A model generated the notes under the pieces. That model ran no database searches. It was not told the origin of the DNA and saw only the letters and a program-made list of their open reading frames with translations. This document shows, piece after piece, positions 11,163 to 23,400 of a stretch of DNA of 64,000 nucleotides (the first letter of the stretch is position 1; the number at the start of each line of letters is the position of its first letter). The DNA lies in the NCBI GenBank assembly GCA_038496445.1, contig JALMLS010000484.1, forward strand, positions 1-64,000, written 5' to 3'. Made by a program: the position numbers and the translations under genes. This DNA is from Trichosphaerium sp. ATCC 40318. Taxonomy: Eukaryota > Protista > Tubulinea.

Positions 11163-12855
11163 TTATTGTAATGTTACATTAGTCCCTTCCATCAGTTCTT
11201 TGTTTTTGTTGGGTGTTGTCGCCTCTGCTGCACTTGAAGCTTCAATCTTGTCAAGCAACGGCATCACACCACGTGTTGTTTGTAAGGCTAGCCATGGACA
11301 ATAGTGTGCAATTGTAGCAACTAGACTAGGGAGGGAACCATCCCACCAATATGGTATAGGAACGAGTTGGATGCCTAGATCATACAAGTTTTCATCAGAA
11401 AAACAAATTCATCCAAACGGACTGAAGCCCTTACCGGCGTCTTTGCAATACTGTAACTTGTCTCTATCGTGGCGTTGCCGAGTAGCAATAGACGGTGCTA
11501 AAATGAGATTGTAAATAATAAAAAATAAACACATTTTTTGCAACAAGTTTTGTTTTTTTTTTTTTTTTATAAAAAAGGTGGGTTGCAACAAGTTTTGTAA
11601 GTATTGTTGGGCTTGGACTTACTTCCTGGATACACGTCATAGAAATGCTGTTCTCCTACATAAATCATAAACAGAAATAACGTCATTAAATTCATGGACA
11701 CAGCAAGTGTTGGTGTGGATTGATAAGCCAAAGTATACCTTGATATTCGAATGCAATCTCGAGTGCCGGTACGTAAATATCAAGTGTCAACAGCCGGGAA
11801 CCCAAGCCGCTGTATGCCATACAATGTTCCTCTACTATGTCTAATAGTGGGAACGTAGCCCGTATTGCATGCAATAATTGTCTAGGACGCGTGTTTAGTT
11901 GGTGTCTCGCACGTGTTTGCAAAAAATAAAATTAATTTAGTCCAGCAAGCTTGGCATACAGCTGTCTTGTTCGCTTCGAGAAGCTACGTGTGAATCGGCG
12001 CCAGTTCCAGTTAAAGTGTGGATGTATGGTGCGCAAGGCCTGTGGGAAGTGTAGGATCATGCCCTTTCCGTCTACGAACTGTTGCTGTGACACACGATAC
12101 CTAAGAACACACGACGCGAACGGGTAAGTGCTAAGGAAGCAAAAAGAAGTGTTGTACCAGCTGTGTGCATCATGGTCAGTGCCAAAGGTTTTGCTGACCT
12201 TCTTTAAGAATTTAAGAGCGTTAGAAGGCATACACCAATGCCCACGAGGCACGGCACGTCGCCCTGTAGGTCCAGTACGTGCATGAACCGGGTACACTGC
12301 GGCTATAGCTTGTTTGAATCTGTTATGCAATCAATACTGGATGGAAACTCCAAAGCGTACTGCTTAAGCATGCTCTCGCCGCCATAAGATATGATACGTT
12401 GTTGAGAGACGGCATACCAGTCATCCACCACCTTTACCGATAGCGCACGTGCGTTGCGCTCAAACCAAGATTTTTGCACTTGAATTTGGTGCCAATAACC
12501 TGCCGGCGCTCTCTGGAAGCTATGAGCTTCCCACGTGCGCAAAGGATAAATCCATTGCAAAGCCTTCTATTTTAAGCATGCCACCGTTTTTCAAGCGCAA
12601 TGTACCTTGTGTAACGAATTGTTGTGCCTTTTTGTCAAACAGTCAGTTAAACGAGACCTACAAGGCCTTGTGCGTTTACCTCTTCAATAATGCGCCCTCT
12701 CCGCACCTCACAATAGCCCTGGTGGTGATTTGGTACCAATCATCCAAGTGCGTTACTTGTAACTTTTGGGCGAGGCGCTCAAACCGTAATCTTCTGTCAG
12801 TACCATCTATCCATGAGGGAGGATAGTGTGTAATTGTGGCAGGCAGTTTACGCAT
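11163..12855 (-). CDS. Tandem ~65-70 aa Trp-rich repeat protein with a C-terminal RAP-like / PD-(D/E)XK nuclease-fold domain
   Basis: Three repeats of W..F..L...DDWY.(V/I)...I...G..LL....L...YP...W. C-terminus LDIYVPALEIAFEYQGEQHF...DRDKLQYCKDAGIQLVPIPYWWDG. Start codon uncertain (may lie up to ~12946). Confidence 0.75.
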
Positions 12856-13020
12856 ATTTGTCCCCTGTACATAAGAGAGCGATAAACGCTTAATGATTGC
12901 GGACGAGCGCTGCAGTACAGCTTATAGTCCCTCTAAGTCGCATCATACTTAACACTTTCTGAAGTCATTGTTCTGTATTGTAGTTAGAGCTCTTTCATAC
13001 GTAAACGCTTATTATACATA

Positions 13021-15003
13021 ATGCTACGCTTTGGATCAAGATTTTCTTCGTACGCAGTTCGCACACGCAAGCAGGTACGTACGCATGTACTGGAAAAAGG
13101 AAGGAACCAGCCATGTCTTTTTGTTTTTGCGCTACACATCCCAGCAATAAGCTCACACTTCCTAGATTAGCGTCATCGCATCATCTACATACTGCACAGA
13201 AACAGAAAGGTATGACATTTTGTCAAATTGAACCAAAACTAACATAAGTACTGTAGACGTTCGCCAGAGGTATATTTGAGCAGGAAGCGACGTACGTCAC
13301 AGGCTGAGAATATACTAAAAAATGTGGTCTAACAGTGACTGCACAGAAAACGCAAAGCGCTATTACTTAGCGTCAAAGGGCGATGCAGAAAAGCGTAGAA
13401 TTGCATTTTGCAGATTTATTCCAAAAACTTTTGACGCTGAATTCGCGGCAACAGAGTTCGAATCGCTAAAGGAGGACTTCCCTGTACTGGACAAATACGT
13501 GTATGACGCCATGGTCCGCTCTTCAGGAAACGCAGAGGATGCACAGAATTACTTTAGTGAAATGCTGGCAGAAGGCATGCAACCAGATGTTCGCGTACGT
13601 TCTTTTTTCACCTGGCCCACAAAATAATAATTAATTGTCGATTTTGACACGTTCGTCATTAATTTGGTTTTTTTTTTTCTCCAAATCTTTGTTGTATTCC
13701 AACGCGTTTATATAGCTCTATCACCGCACAGTGTTTTTTTTTTTAATTTTTTCTCGATGATTAGTGCTACAACTCGTTGATCAGTGCATACATGAGGTCA
13801 GACAACGAAGCCAAAGCGTATGAAGTGATGGACAGCATTACAGAGGCAGGCTTAAAGCCAGACTCGCACACATACTTGGCGTTCATCACAGTGTATCGCC
13901 ACAAAGGCACCATTGAGAAGGCGCGCGAAGCGTACGACAAACTATTGGCCGCTGGATTGACCCCTGACTCATCTGTCTACGGCCAAATGTTCAACCTGTA
14001 CGCAAACGACATTGGAGAGGTTGTGCACATATACAATCACTGTTGCGAGAGCAATGTTGATTTGCGAGTGAATACACGAAACGATTTGATAAAAGTGTTC
14101 TTGCGCTGTTCCTATATCAGACAAGCGTATGAACAATTGGACATTATGAAAGCCAGTCCAGACATCAGCGGAAGACCTAACGCCTGGACATACAAAATCT
14201 TCATTCGCCACTTCCTCCACGGTCCAAGAAAACAGCTAACCAATGTTTACGCATTGTACAAGGACATGGATGAACAAGCACTTCAACTCGACAGCCAATT
14301 GTTGACATACAAACTCCAAGCTCACGTTCTAGCGCGTGATCTCCCATCCGCCACGACAACAGTATCCGAAATGGAGCTAAAGGGCATCAAGAAGACACCT
14401 CCTATACGCACTTCTTTGATCAAGCTGTTCTGCGACGAAGGTGACGTGGAAAAGGCGCTTCACGAGTTCCAATCGATCAAGTCCCAAGGACTCCAGCCAT
14501 ACTCGTCAGCATATAACCCACTTATCCGGTACTACCTCGACGATAACGACAGTGAAAGAGCGCTTGCTTTGTACGAGGAGATGAAGTCAGCTGGCCATGA
14601 ACTCAAATTGCCAAAAGTATTTCCAACAGGCACCACATACAATATACTTCTCAAATACTACGCCGAAGCTGAAAGCACAGGCGAAGAAGTAGCAAGATTA
14701 CTCAACGACATGGAAGCACTCAACATTCCATGGGACACCCGCATTTTCAACAACCTCTTGTTGTTGCACACCAACACCAAAGACGCACAAAAGATTGCTG
14801 TGATAGCACAAAGAATGATTGGTGAAGACATCTTTCTGAATGGTGCCTCGTACAAGCTCTCCAGAAAAGCAGCTGAAGTATTTGAAGTGGAAACAGAGGA
14901 CACAGGCGTTACAGAGCCACCAAAGAACGACTCTACAAAACTTAGCGAGGACCAACGCCACGTTGCACAGGCCTGTCTTAAATCTCTTAGTGCACTCGGT
15001 TGA
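13021..15003 (+). CDS. Pentatricopeptide-repeat (PPR) protein, probably mitochondrial
   Basis: N-terminus MLRFGSRFSSYAVRTRKQ is Arg/Ser-rich and acid-free. ~35-aa repeats such as YNSLISAYMRSDNEAKAYEVMDSITEAGLKPD and AYNPLIRYY...ALALYEEMKSAG. Confidence 0.9.
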
Positions 15004-15221
15004 GCTTTAATCACTTACTTGTTCACGTTTTATTCTTTTACACGTTTTCATGATCAACCTTTGGTTAATGACATGCGCGCTGTGCTGTTGTGATATAAAC
15101 GCGATTCTTTCCTTTTTCAAACAACAAACTATTTTCAATCACAAACGTAAAAAATGCGGCGTTCAACGTGTGCATAATATAATTGTTTCTCTTTGACTGG
15201 GAACCAAAGTGGCGGGATACC

Positions 15222-16676
15222 ATGGTATATTTTTTGAAAGCACAACATTTTTTTAAGCGGTTTTTACCTTGATGATTTGGTCTTTAAGAATCTCTACGAA
15301 ACGTTACGCTGACACCCAGCCGCAATGGACAACACCGCTGCCTACCAGGAGCTGGCACTCAGGTAGATTTACACTTCTTGGAAATATTCTCACGCTACAC
15401 AGCGCTTTAGATTACTTCTCACGCGCGGCACCGACGCGTACTTTCCCCACGCGGTCATTTCAAGGTACCGTAAAACCGTTCTTCTCCCTGTAAACGAAAA
15501 TAGGCCAGGTCATCGATAAATACTGCCAATTCACCGGGAAGGATACTATTAATTGGCGTCAAACAAAATACCAGCGTTTGGGTACGTAACTGATAAATTC
15601 ATCGCTGTTACGCCTTTTTCTGTAGTGGATTGGGCTGACAAACCGGTAGCTGATTGTTTAAAAAACCTGGAGACACAAGGCAAAATTGTTATAGAAGCGA
15701 ACCGTGTGGTACTGCCCAAAACCAGTACAAGTGCGCCTGTACAACAGATGAACCGAATACAACTACCTACAACACCAATGGCTATGCGCAGACTCTCCAT
15801 GGCGAATTATGGAAGTGACAGTGACAGTGACAGTGACATAAGTGCAGACGAGCATGCTGCAACACGGCTAGACTGGCCAAGCGTTAACAATAGGTACAAC
15901 GGCAGATTCATCTGAACCGAAACTTATCTAACCGCTACGCTACAGCCTCCCAATTCCAACAAAAACAATTGCACAAACACAACAAACACAACTAGCAGAA
16001 AATATGCAGACATGCCCTGTCTGCTTTGTAGCTGTCAACAAAAACGCCATAAATTCACATCTTGATGAGTGTCTCAACTTGGCCTTCTTGAAGACTGCCA
16101 ATTTGGAGGAACCCGCTCAGAGGCTACCAAAAACACCTAAAAAGTCCAAAAAATCTCCCAAAAAAAGCCCAAAGACTCAGTCAGCGAAAAAGGTGTACGT
16201 TTATTAACAGAATCTTGCAAATCCACTATTTCACTGCTGACCACAGTAGTAGCCGAAAGCGAAGAAGATCGTCACGCTCATCTGCTGGGCCTTCTCCAAA
16301 GAGAGTGAAGCTTCCCAATCTTCAGGACTCAACTGGAGAGTTTAATGGTACGACTTCTTTTTTCGGATTTTTCCAAAAGCCTTTGACAACTCTCCCACCC
16401 GTTAACAAGCATTCTTAGAAATAATCTATAAAACATGTAGCGGTGGCGCTTCAGAGTGCACAATATGCTTTGACGAGTTTGAGGCTGGTCAAACATTGGC
16501 ACTTCTCCCATGCTTGTGTAAATTTCATAAAGGTATGAGAAAAAAAAAGGAACCACTATGCCTAAACATGTAGCATGTCTGCATAAATAATCTCACGATG
16601 TTGACATTATTTAGATTGTATACAAGACTGGTTCACACGATGTAAGCAGTGCCCTTTGCATCGAACGGCAAGTTGA
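15222..16676 (+). CDS. UBZ4 zinc finger + RING-H2 E3 ubiquitin ligase (ZNRF1/2-like architecture)
   Basis: CPVCFVAVNKNAINSHLDECL (Rad18-type UBZ), basic NLS-like stretch, spliced CTICFDEFEAGQTLALLPCLCKFHKDCIQDWFTRCKQCPLH. Start approximate. Confidence 0.8.
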
Positions 16677-16823
16677 CAAAAAAAAACCAACAAGCCAAAA
16701 AACTGTAAAATAAAAAATTGTACTGTAGAATTGACAACCCACCTCTGATTTATAAAATGGCTCAAAGCTCTGCTCGCCCAAGTATATTATACTACTAATT
16801 GCAATGTGGGTTAAATTGTTTTA

Positions 16824-19149
16824 TTATTGTGTGTCAAGGATCATAGTCGCTGGCTTTTCAAGATATTGTTTCCACAATTCTGTAAAGTTAGCAATTGTAA
16901 CGCCATCGAGCACACGGTGATCGCATGCCCAAGAAATCCTATGCAAAAAGTAAGAAGGCTTTCACACAACATGAATCATAAAATAGATGTCCATACCTGA
17001 AAATGTGTTTAGGTACGAGTTCGTCCTTGTGATTATAACGTGGTAGCTTCTGGATGCGTCCAATCGCTATCGCACAAGTGTTAGTAGCGTTAAAAGGACA
17101 TTCAAAGAAGGTGTACCTCCAATGCAGACTTGTGGAGCGACAATTACAGGGCTTGTGTAAGTTCCACCGATAACGCCAATATTAGATAGAGAAAATGTAC
17201 CTCCTTTTTTGTAACAAACATTTAGTGTGGTAGCGTAATAAGGTAAAGGTACCTGATAAATCAGCAGCTGATAGCGCATTGTTGGCAGCAGCTTCTTGTA
17301 ATCGCATCATTTCCTTGGATATTTGAAAGACTGTCATGTTTTGCACGTTTTTGATGACAGGTACAACCAACCCTGTCGGAGAAGCTACCTGTGAGACAGT
17401 AAGTACAAATGCAACTAACATTAACAATTGATTGAGTTCCGTACAGCAAAGGATATATTGTGTGCAGCCTTGTATGTGACTTGTGTAAGATCGGCCGATA
17501 TTTGGCTGTTTAATAATGGGTATTCTTTTAGTGCGAGTGATGTAGCCTTGATGATGAATGGCATGTATGTCAATTTAGCGCCACGCTCTTTGACAACGTC
17601 CTTTAATTGCTAGAGGGCCACAATTGTTAGCCCAAAATAAAAAAAAGAAAAAGGAAATACGTGCTTTTCTTAATGCCATGAGCGCATCCACCTCAACTTC
17701 CTCATCATAGCCAAAGTGTGGAATGGATAGAGATTGTTGCATAGCTGGAGCCATCGCCTTTGCAAACCTATTCGAAACAAAAGAGTGAGTGTAATCTGAT
17801 GTGAGTGGGTACTGATGTCGATGCTAATATTATCGATAACTTACCCTCTAAGTGGTACAACAGTGTCCTCAGCAGCAGGCGGTGGTGGCGCGACAGCTGA
17901 TGGTGTGAGTGGTTTGGAAGCAGTTGGTTTAGGTGTGGATGCTTGTGTTGGTTGTTCGCCTGCAATGAAAGCAAGTACGTCTCCTTTGAGTACTCGCCCA
18001 TCTTTGCCTGTACCAACAATCTATTTGATCCTTTGTTAATATTGAAGTTAAGCCAAAGAAAGATTGGTGGCGTACTTCTGAGAGATTAATCTTGTTTTTG
18101 AAGGCCAATGCACGAACTGCTGGCGTGGCAGCCACCTGTCGCTGTCCAGTACTTGTGTTAATTGTAGACATCATATTGGGCGTATCAGGTGAGGATTCTG
18201 AGGTTGGCGTGGCAGTATTTGACTAACAAATTAATTAACCAAAATGTCAAATAACCACGACAAAAAAACACTTCCAAAAAAACATTACGCACAGTTTCGG
18301 CAGCTTCTTCTGCTGGTTGTGTTCCTTCGCCTTCTACTTCTATATCACACAATGGTGTGCCAACTCTAGCAATATTCCCTACGGCGAATGTCAAATTTTG
18401 AAATGAGGTGAGAGATTGAAACCAGGTTCAATGTAACAGGTTCCATTTACTCAAAAAATGGCGCGTGGTGGCGTTTTTGTGACAGCATGTGTAATAAAAT
18501 CAATTTAGCCGTGCCTTGCTCGTAGTGTATCTTTACTACCTTTCCGTTTTGCATGGATGTAATTTGTGCTGTCGCTTTGTCACTTTGTACGTCACACAAC
18601 GCATCATATTCCTGAATTGTGTCACCTACGCAAACGCTAGTGAGCAGAGGTAACGTGTGGCATTCGTACCCTCTTTTACAAACCACTTTAAGACTTCGAC
18701 TTCATCAATGCCTTCACCAATGTCTGCCAATTTTTGTTGTATAATGCCGCGATGCGTGGCGCTGAGGGTGAAGCTCCTGTTGAAAAACCGTGGTTTGTAC
18801 TTGATAGCGTTTGTGTGTGTAGAGGAATAGCCCTTGAAGTATGTTAACGCATGTGGTATGTAAATGGTGGTCTAAACAACTACGCGAAGCTAAAAAATAT
18901 TCCACCTCAACTGACATTGTTGCAAAATATTCCTTTTTATCGACTAATAACCGCACAGTGTATAATGAAGTCTACAAAGCGTATTTTACTTACTTTGATA
19001 GTTCTGCCGCCTATTGTTGACAAAGCGCGTACAGATGATCGTTGTGAGACTGGCGCGGAGGTACTGACTTTCCAGCCGTTTGTGGCCTTGTAGTGTTTAT
19101 TTGTTACTGTTCCTCTCGAAAATGCAAGTGAGACGCGTTGCGATAACAT
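16824..19149 (-). CDS. DBT: Branched-chain 2-oxoacid dehydrogenase E2 (dihydrolipoamide branched-chain transacylase)
   Basis: Presequence [23 protein letters not shown]...DVQSDKAT lipoyl domain, ATPAVR E3-binding domain, [19 protein letters not shown] and DHRVLDG. Confidence 0.92.
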
Positions 19150-19224
19150 TCCGCCTAGTGTACGCTATGTGAAGAAATTCCGGTGTTTTCATGGTACTTT
19201 GTGTTAAATTTTTCTCCCACAAAC

Positions 19225-20115
19225 ATGGCCACACTTGCACGCTTAGGTCTTATACAGCCCCAATCAACGCTTTTTCTATGCTGTGATATCCAAGAGCGTT
19301 CGTTCACGCGTTTTGTAAGTTTTTGAACTAATAAACGTGTCACGCTAGGCTTCAAACCTCTCATACACGCAATGCCATCAGTAATTCGTGTGGCACAGAC
19401 GATGGTATGTTTTAGGTTCACAGGTTTGATTGCTAACGGGTGACAGATAAAAGTAGCCAATGTCTTTGGAATACCTCTCATTGTTAGCGAACAATACCCA
19501 AAAGCTTTCGGTGTTACAGGTGAGCGATAAGTCGAAACGTGAAAAGAAATGTTGAAACAACTCTTTTTTTTTTTTTCATTTTACTGATATTCAGCGTAGT
19601 TAGCGACCTAGACATTTCCAAGGCAGCACTACGCTATGAAAAAACTCAATTCTCCATGTTGACATCAGAACTGGACAATTATTTGGCGGCAATCCCCAAA
19701 CAACAACCAAGAGTCACTGATGTAGTGCTCTTTGGTATCGAGGCTCATGTTTGCATTCAACAAACTGCTCTCGATTTTCTCTCACGCGGCATTGCTGTAC
19801 ACGTGATTGCGGATGGTACGAATTCGGTTTGTGGTTTTTTCGAATTTGCTGACCACCACTCGAAGGCACGAGCAGCCAGCGTCAGTTCGATAGAGTAGTC
19901 GCCTTTGACGTACGTGCAGTAACACTAAAAGGGTTGTATTTGTAGCTAAAGTTGGTTAGAGACTCCGTGGTAGCGGATGTTTTGTTACAACCGCTGAATC
20001 TATTTTATTTTCACTAGCCAGAGACGCAAAGAGCGAACACTGGAAATCATTGATGCAGGTCATTAAGACGCTAAACGACGATAGACCAGATCCTTTGATT
20101 ACTTCCAAGATGTAA
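19225..20115 (+). CDS. Isochorismatase-domain protein (ISOC1/2-like)
   Basis: CDIQE, SEQYPKAFG, EKTQFSM, FGIEAHVCIQQT and TTAESILF motifs. Confidence 0.9.
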
Positions 20116-20400
20116 AACCAAGTAAACGCGCTACATTTCGACAGTATTGTGTCTACCATTAGATTGACTGCCAGGTACACTGCGCTTTCCCAAAAAATTG
20201 CCCATAGTTTGTGTGGTACAGTAGTCATTTAAACAGTTTGCGCTTTGCTTTTTATTCCTGAGATGCGTGGTTTGAGTAGTACGCGCTATAAAGCAAATCT
20301 TTTACAACCACGTGACTTTTCTCTTTTTTTTTGAAAATAGTCTCTGAGAGCATGCCCTTTGACGAAAATTGAACGCCTTTCTACCTTTAAGTACATTGTC

Positions 20401-23400
20401 ATGGCAACTGATCCCGGTGAGCAATCATACACTATATTGTGGGAAAGAGTTAACACTTATTAGGCGCTATTGGCTTCTCGCAACGAGCAAGCTTATGCGC
20501 TACATTGAAGACTATATTAAAAGGTACGTACTTCAGTTTATTAGGGTATTACTTTGACTCGGTTTTGTAGGCTACAGCTTGGAGCGTTTGCCGTTCGAAA
20601 AACTACAAAATGCTGACGACTCAAAAGCACGAACTGTGCGGTTTATGATCGATTATCGAAGCTTCTCAGGTAGGCGCATCATCCCAGGCACAGAGAAATT
20701 CATGGGACCAGCGCTTGTAGTGTACGGACGATGAGTTAATTAACAACCCGACATAACAGACATGTAGGTACAATGATAGCGTGTTCTCGTGGAAGGACTT
20801 TAACAACGTGCAACATATTGGCGAATCGATAAAGGTCCGTTAACTCTTAACACTTGACAATTTTGAATAGTTTCTTTAGAACTACGACAATGCCTCGACC
20901 GGCAAGTTTGGGTTGGGTATTAATGCAATGTATAACTTGACAGAAATGCCATCAATACTAACTGGCTCATTGTTCGCCATCTCTGATCCTTGTGGTTATG
21001 CCTATGAGGACAAATTGGGCCGAGCCTTCGTTATAGAAGGTATGTCGTAGTTGAATTGTCTCAATGTAGTAAGTACAATAGGTGGTAAAGGTATAGAAGG
21101 CATACCAGAGGACAAGAAACTACATTCCACCGTCTACGATACCTACCCAGACCAGTTTGAACCGTTTAAAGTGTTTGGTTGTAAACCTGGTACCTCATTC
21201 CCTGGTACACTATTTAGATTCCCCTTGCGAACAAAGGAGATCTGCAACAACTCCAAGATATGCAACAGGTTGTACACCGCAAACGACGTTTACATGGAGC
21301 TCCTCAAGAGCTTTAAAAATGCCTCTGAGTGCCTATTGTTCCTCAGGCATATTGAAGACATTGAGTTATGGGTACCTCCCAGTGCAAATCAACAAGCCGC
21401 TAACGTAAGCTCTAGGTTTGGGAGAAGAACAAAAAAGAGCCAAAGCTTATTTCATCAGTCGCCATTGAAAACAAACGCACGTGTTCAAAAAAACCAGCGA
21501 AAATGGCGAGTAATAATTTGTTTAGAGTTGACACGCGAATTACGCAGCAGGATTTTCGATTATGGGAGGCAGCTGGAAAAGATACAGCTGAACAAGCTCA
21601 AACCTCAGTCATATACCTACGAAGTTAGTATCAGAGAGACTGTTAAAAATAAGACGTCAACAAGGTAATAATCGTTACTCCTTTCTTTTTCTTTTGTCGT
21701 GGATTGGTTCTAAACACTTTTTATTATAGTTTGTGGCTCATTTCGTGTCAGTTGAACTGTGCTGAACAGTACGGCAAGCATACTGAAATTACAAGCCTTG
21801 CCAAAGATTTGGATATGCTTCCATTTGGAGGTGTAGCCTTTTGTTACTCTAAAACCCTTAATGAAAGCAAAGCATTCACAACACTACCTCTTCCAGATAA
21901 TTTCAAAGGTACTTTAGAAAAAAAAGACTTGTGTAACACTGAATTATGCAGGTCTACCTCTGCATTGCAACGGCAATTTCCAGTTGACAGTAAATCGATG
22001 CAATCTCTCACGTGCAAAGCAAGATGACGCGACATGGAACACATTCATGATAACAAAGATAGTTGCTGTGGCATGGCGTAACTTGCTGTTGCACATAGCA
22101 AACAAGAAATTTAGTGAAGAAAGGACCAACAAGTTATACCATGCTTTTCCTCGAGCCAATGACGTGTGGTGGATACAACAACTTTCAACTGCAGGTACAC
22201 ATGCCATTTTCTTCTGGCGTACATCACAACTGACTTTAACTAGTCTATGACTCTTTGGTTTCTAACCAAGACAAACTCTTCCACGTGCTAAATACCAGCA
22301 GTAGAATGGTTGGTAGCAACAGTGCTTTATTTTGCGCAAATTCTGATAACGAAGCTAAAGTTATTGGTGGACAGTCTGTGGCAACAATTGTAGCTTCTTG
22401 TTCTCGTAAAAACATCTGCATTACGCCTCCTCATGTTCCTGAGTACGGCCTCTACATACAACGTAATGTTGATCTAATGTTTGTAGACAATTGAAATGTA
22501 TGCGCCTTAAACGTTCAGACGTATGCGATGTATTTTCCAAGCGTCCAGCATGGATGTATCCAAAGGACGAAGCCAAAATTAGAATGATAATCAAATACTT
22601 GATACGCCGTCCAGATGATTTACGCGGAGCGTGGCTGTGTCCAACAGCATCCGGTAGTGTTGGTCGATTTGGGGTGGTTCAATACGCAACTAAGAACAGA
22701 GATTATCACGCCCTATTACCCAAGATAAATTCACTATTCATTCATCCTGACGTTTATGACCTGATCAATCCTTACAGGCGAGAACTTGGTCTTACAACCT
22801 TCTCTGTAGATACTCTTGTAACTGAAGTAAAATCTGGTCGCGGTTTCGACAGGTAAGTACAAAACTAGTATGGCTGTGCAGTTTAAGTTAATGCTATGTA
22901 GACCTGTATCAGTCGACTGGATACTTCTGCTATGGACATCAAAAATCGTCTCTTTCGAGATACTAAAGCTTCTGAAGGGTCACGTATGCATTGCTTATGA
23001 CACCGAGATGACTATGTCACAGCGAATCAAGTACTTCGATGAACGGACTATGCCCTCGACCTTGGTAAAAGTGCTTGTGAAGCTAAACGTCCCATTCTTA
23101 CATCCGACTTTGATTGCCGCCCATCCTACATTGGCGTCACACATCTGTATCAAACAAAAGAGCATTTCACGCGAGTTACTGCGTCTCATGTACAACCAAA
23201 TGAATAGCATACGGATATTACCCCGAGCTGACATTGCAGAACTTCGCAATTTTTTGTTAAAATATGCTAAAACCTGGTCCTCTGACGACAAGACACTCTT
23301 TTCTTCTCTGCCATTATTTTCAGTTTTTGGTAGTGGCTCTGGCTTATACACTCTACGTGACAAAGTACGTGATTGATGGTAGCAGCATTAGATACTAACC

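Noticed and set aside
13969-15014. Antisense ORFs inside the PPR gene (similar ones inside sacsin, S1P and the ParB-motif gene)
   Set aside because: Shadow ORFs of long coding exons, with no independent motifs.
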